Source of the DNA: Candidatus Limnocylindrales bacterium | GTDB lineage: Bacteria; Chloroflexota; Limnocylindria; Limnocylindrales; CSP1-4 | Direction: 5' to 3' | Length of the DNA stretch: 45,781 nucleotides | Assembly (NCBI GenBank): GCA_035264845.1 | Contig: DATFPL010000140.1 | Span: 1 to 45,781, forward strand | Part shown: positions 44,341-45,781 of the stretch, one piece after another | Layout: every line of letters starts with the position of its first letter | How positions within the stretch are numbered: position 1 is the first letter of the stretch | Position numbers and translations under genes: made by a program | The notes under the pieces: generated by a model | What the model was told of the DNA's origin: nothing | What the model saw: the letters and a program-made list of their open reading frames with translations, nothing else | The model's database searches: none

Positions 44341-45203
44341 CGATGCGCCTCGTCGCGGCGGAGCTCGTCGACAGCCGGGAGATCCTCCCGGGTCAGTGGA
44401 TCCAGTCGTTCCACGCGCCGCACCTCGCGACGGGATCGCGGGCCGGGCAGTTCGTCCACGTCCGGACCGGCGACTACTCGGGCCTGGTCCTGCGGCGCCC
44501 GTTCTCGATCAACACGGCCGACGCAGGCTCCGGGATCGTCACGATCCACTTCCGCACCATCGGCCGCGGGACCGAATGGTTTACCCGCCTCCGGCCCGGC
44601 GACGCGATCGACATGCTCGGGCCGCTCGGACGGCCGTTCGAGGTCGATCCGCGGTCGCGGCATCTGCTGCTCGTGGCCGGCGGGCTCGGCATGGCCGGCG
44701 TCCGGATGCTTGCCGACGAGGCGATTCGCGACGGCCGCGCGGTGACGTTGCTGTTCGGCGCGGCGAGCGCGCGCGAGGTCTACCCGTCGAACCTGCTGCC
44801 GGACGAGGTCGAATACGTCGTCGCGACCGACGATGGCTCGCTGGGGCACCGCGGCTACGTCACGGAGCTCGTCCCGGAGTACGAGGCGTGGGCAGACCAG
44901 GCGTTCGCGTGCGGGCCGCAGCCGATGCTCGCCGCGCTGGCGCGGCTTGCCGCGGGCCGGCAGGGACGGATGGGCGTGGCGAAGCTGGGTCGCAAGCGCG
45001 GCGGCGGGCGACAGGAGAAGCCGGGCTCGCCCGCGGCGCGACGGAAGGCGTTCCTGCAGGTATCGATGGAGCAGAACATGGGCTGCGCGGTCGGGGCGTG
45101 CCTCGGGTGCGTCGTCATGGGCGCTTCCGGCACGCCGCAGCGAGTGTGTCGCGAGGGACCCGTCTTCGCGGCCGAGGAGATTGCCTGGGAGGCAGGCTGG
45201 TGA
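44337..45203 (+). CDS. pyrK: dihydroorotate dehydrogenase (class 1B) electron-transfer subunit
   Basis: RRPFSI (FAD binding), LLLVAGGLGMAG, and the C-terminal 2Fe-2S motif MGCAVGACLGCVV...RVCREGPVF. The GTG overlaps the upstream stop; ATG 44343 is the alternative. It carries a ~25-aa basic insertion (GRQGRMGVAKLGRKRGGGRQEKPGSPAARRKA). Confidence 0.85.
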   Translation: MTMRLVAAELVDSREILPGQWIQSFHAPHLATGSRAGQFVHVRTGDYSGLVLRRPFSINTADAGSGIVTIHFRTIGRGTEWFTRLRPGDAIDMLGPLGRPFEVDPRSRHLLLVAGGLGMAGVRMLADEAIRDGRAVTLLFGAASAREVYPSNLLPDEVEYVVATDDGSLGHRGYVTELVPEYEAWADQAFACGPQPMLAALARLAAGRQGRMGVAKLGRKRGGGRQEKPGSPAARRKAFLQVSMEQNMGCAVGACLGCVVMGASGTPQRVCREGPVFAAEEIAWEAGW

Positions 45204-45781
45204 AGTCGAAGAAGCGGGTCGTCACGACGCGGGACGGCCGCCGAACGCCGACGGTTCGGCACGTCAGGTCCACGATTGCCGCGGCCCGGCGACCTTCGCC
45301 AATACCGGTGGCGGCGCCTGTCCGAGCGCGGTCGGCGCCGCCCGCCCCTGCCGTCGAACCGACTCGTGCCGAGGACGTCGATCTCTCCGTCGATCTGGGG
45401 CGCGGGCTCGTACTCGACAACCCGATCCTCGTCGCGTCCGGCACGTTCGGGTACGGCGTCGAGTACGGCGAAGTCGTCGACGTCCAGCGGCTCGGCGCCA
45501 TCTGCTGCAAGGGCACGACGCTCAAGTCGCGGATCGGCAACGTGACGCCGCGGGTGACCGAGACGCCGGCCGGGATGCTCAACTCGATCGGGCTCCAGAA
45601 CCCGGGCGTCGACGCGGTCATCGAGAAGTACGCGCCGGCGTGGCAGACATGGCGGACGCCCGTCGTCGTCAACGTCGCCGGCGAATCGGTCGGCGACTAC
45701 GTCGAGGTCGTGCGGCGGCTCGAGGGCGTGCCGGGTGTGTCGGCGATCGAGCTCAACATCTCGTGCCCCAACGTCGGCCGG
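45200..45781 (+). CDS. pyrD: dihydroorotate dehydrogenase class 1B catalytic subunit, 3' end outside the window
   Basis: Not in the ORF track because there is no stop in the window. My translation gives ...LDNPILVASGTFGYG...CKGTTLKSRIGN..PRVTETPAGMLNSIGLQNPG...VNVAGES...IELNISCPNVG. The GTG overlaps the pyrK stop. The ~60-aa basic N-terminal extension makes the true start uncertain. Confidence 0.85.
   Translation, partial: MKSKKRVVTTRDGRRTPTVRHVRSTIAAARRPSPIPVAAPVRARSAPPAPAVEPTRAEDVDLSVDLGRGLVLDNPILVASGTFGYGVEYGEVVDVQRLGAICCKGTTLKSRIGNVTPRVTETPAGMLNSIGLQNPGVDAVIEKYAPAWQTWRTPVVVNVAGESVGDYVEVVRRLEGVPGVSAIELNISCPNVGR

Overview
Very GC-rich (roughly 70%+ by eye) bacterial chromosomal segment, Actinomycetota- or Chloroflexota-like. 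It is densely packed with housekeeping and accessory genes, and the real genes show strong GC3 periodicity. I see no transposase, integrase, CRISPR array or rRNA. Left to right: (1) a c-di-GMP module. It holds a 5'-truncated GAF-GGDEF-EAL gene, a DUF5317-like membrane gene, what I read as a GEMM-I c-di-GMP riboswitch, a 44-codon membrane micro-ORF and a strong terminator. (2) A branched-chain amino-acid super-operon, ilvB-ilvN-ilvC-leuA-leuB-cimA, followed by a stand-alone LeuA regulatory-domain gene and pheA. It is preceded by a structured leader that ends in a perfect intrinsic terminator. (3) mscL (minus strand), a DUF853/HerA-like ATPase and a GNAT. (4) An aldehyde dehydrogenase / acyl-CoA dehydrogenase / ADP-forming acyl-CoA synthetase / AlsS-like ThDP enzyme cluster. 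(5) An XRE regulator, an MBL-fold hydrolase, a polytopic membrane protein, an O-methyltransferase, a MoaD-MoaE fusion, an M55 peptidase and an orphan lysine-5,6-aminomutase-alpha-like protein. (6) A BNR beta-propeller plus MoaD/ThiS pair (minus strand), tRNA-Gly(CCC), lipB and a GalT-family protein whose nucleophile His is replaced by Cys. (7) An ECF sigma / anti-sigma pair and an RlpA-like DPBB protein. (8) A split pyr operon. A PyrR-binding RNA and a coupled 15-codon uORF precede pyrR-pyrB-pyrC. A ~4.8 kb insert follows (FAD oxidoreductase, PLP decarboxylase, small membrane protein, GYD-like protein, a very acidic internally duplicated protein). The operon then resumes with pyrK-pyrD, which runs off the 3' end. 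At least seven first-in-unit genes have a TAnnnT hexamer 6-7 nt before the start codon, which suggests leaderless mRNAs. I used this pattern to choose several starts. The candidates I consider most novel are the riboswitch/micro-ORF unit, the ilv leader, the stand-alone LeuA regulatory domain, and the acidic repeat protein coupled to pyrK/pyrD variants that carry basic extensions. All family assignments come from reading motifs by eye, with no database search run.
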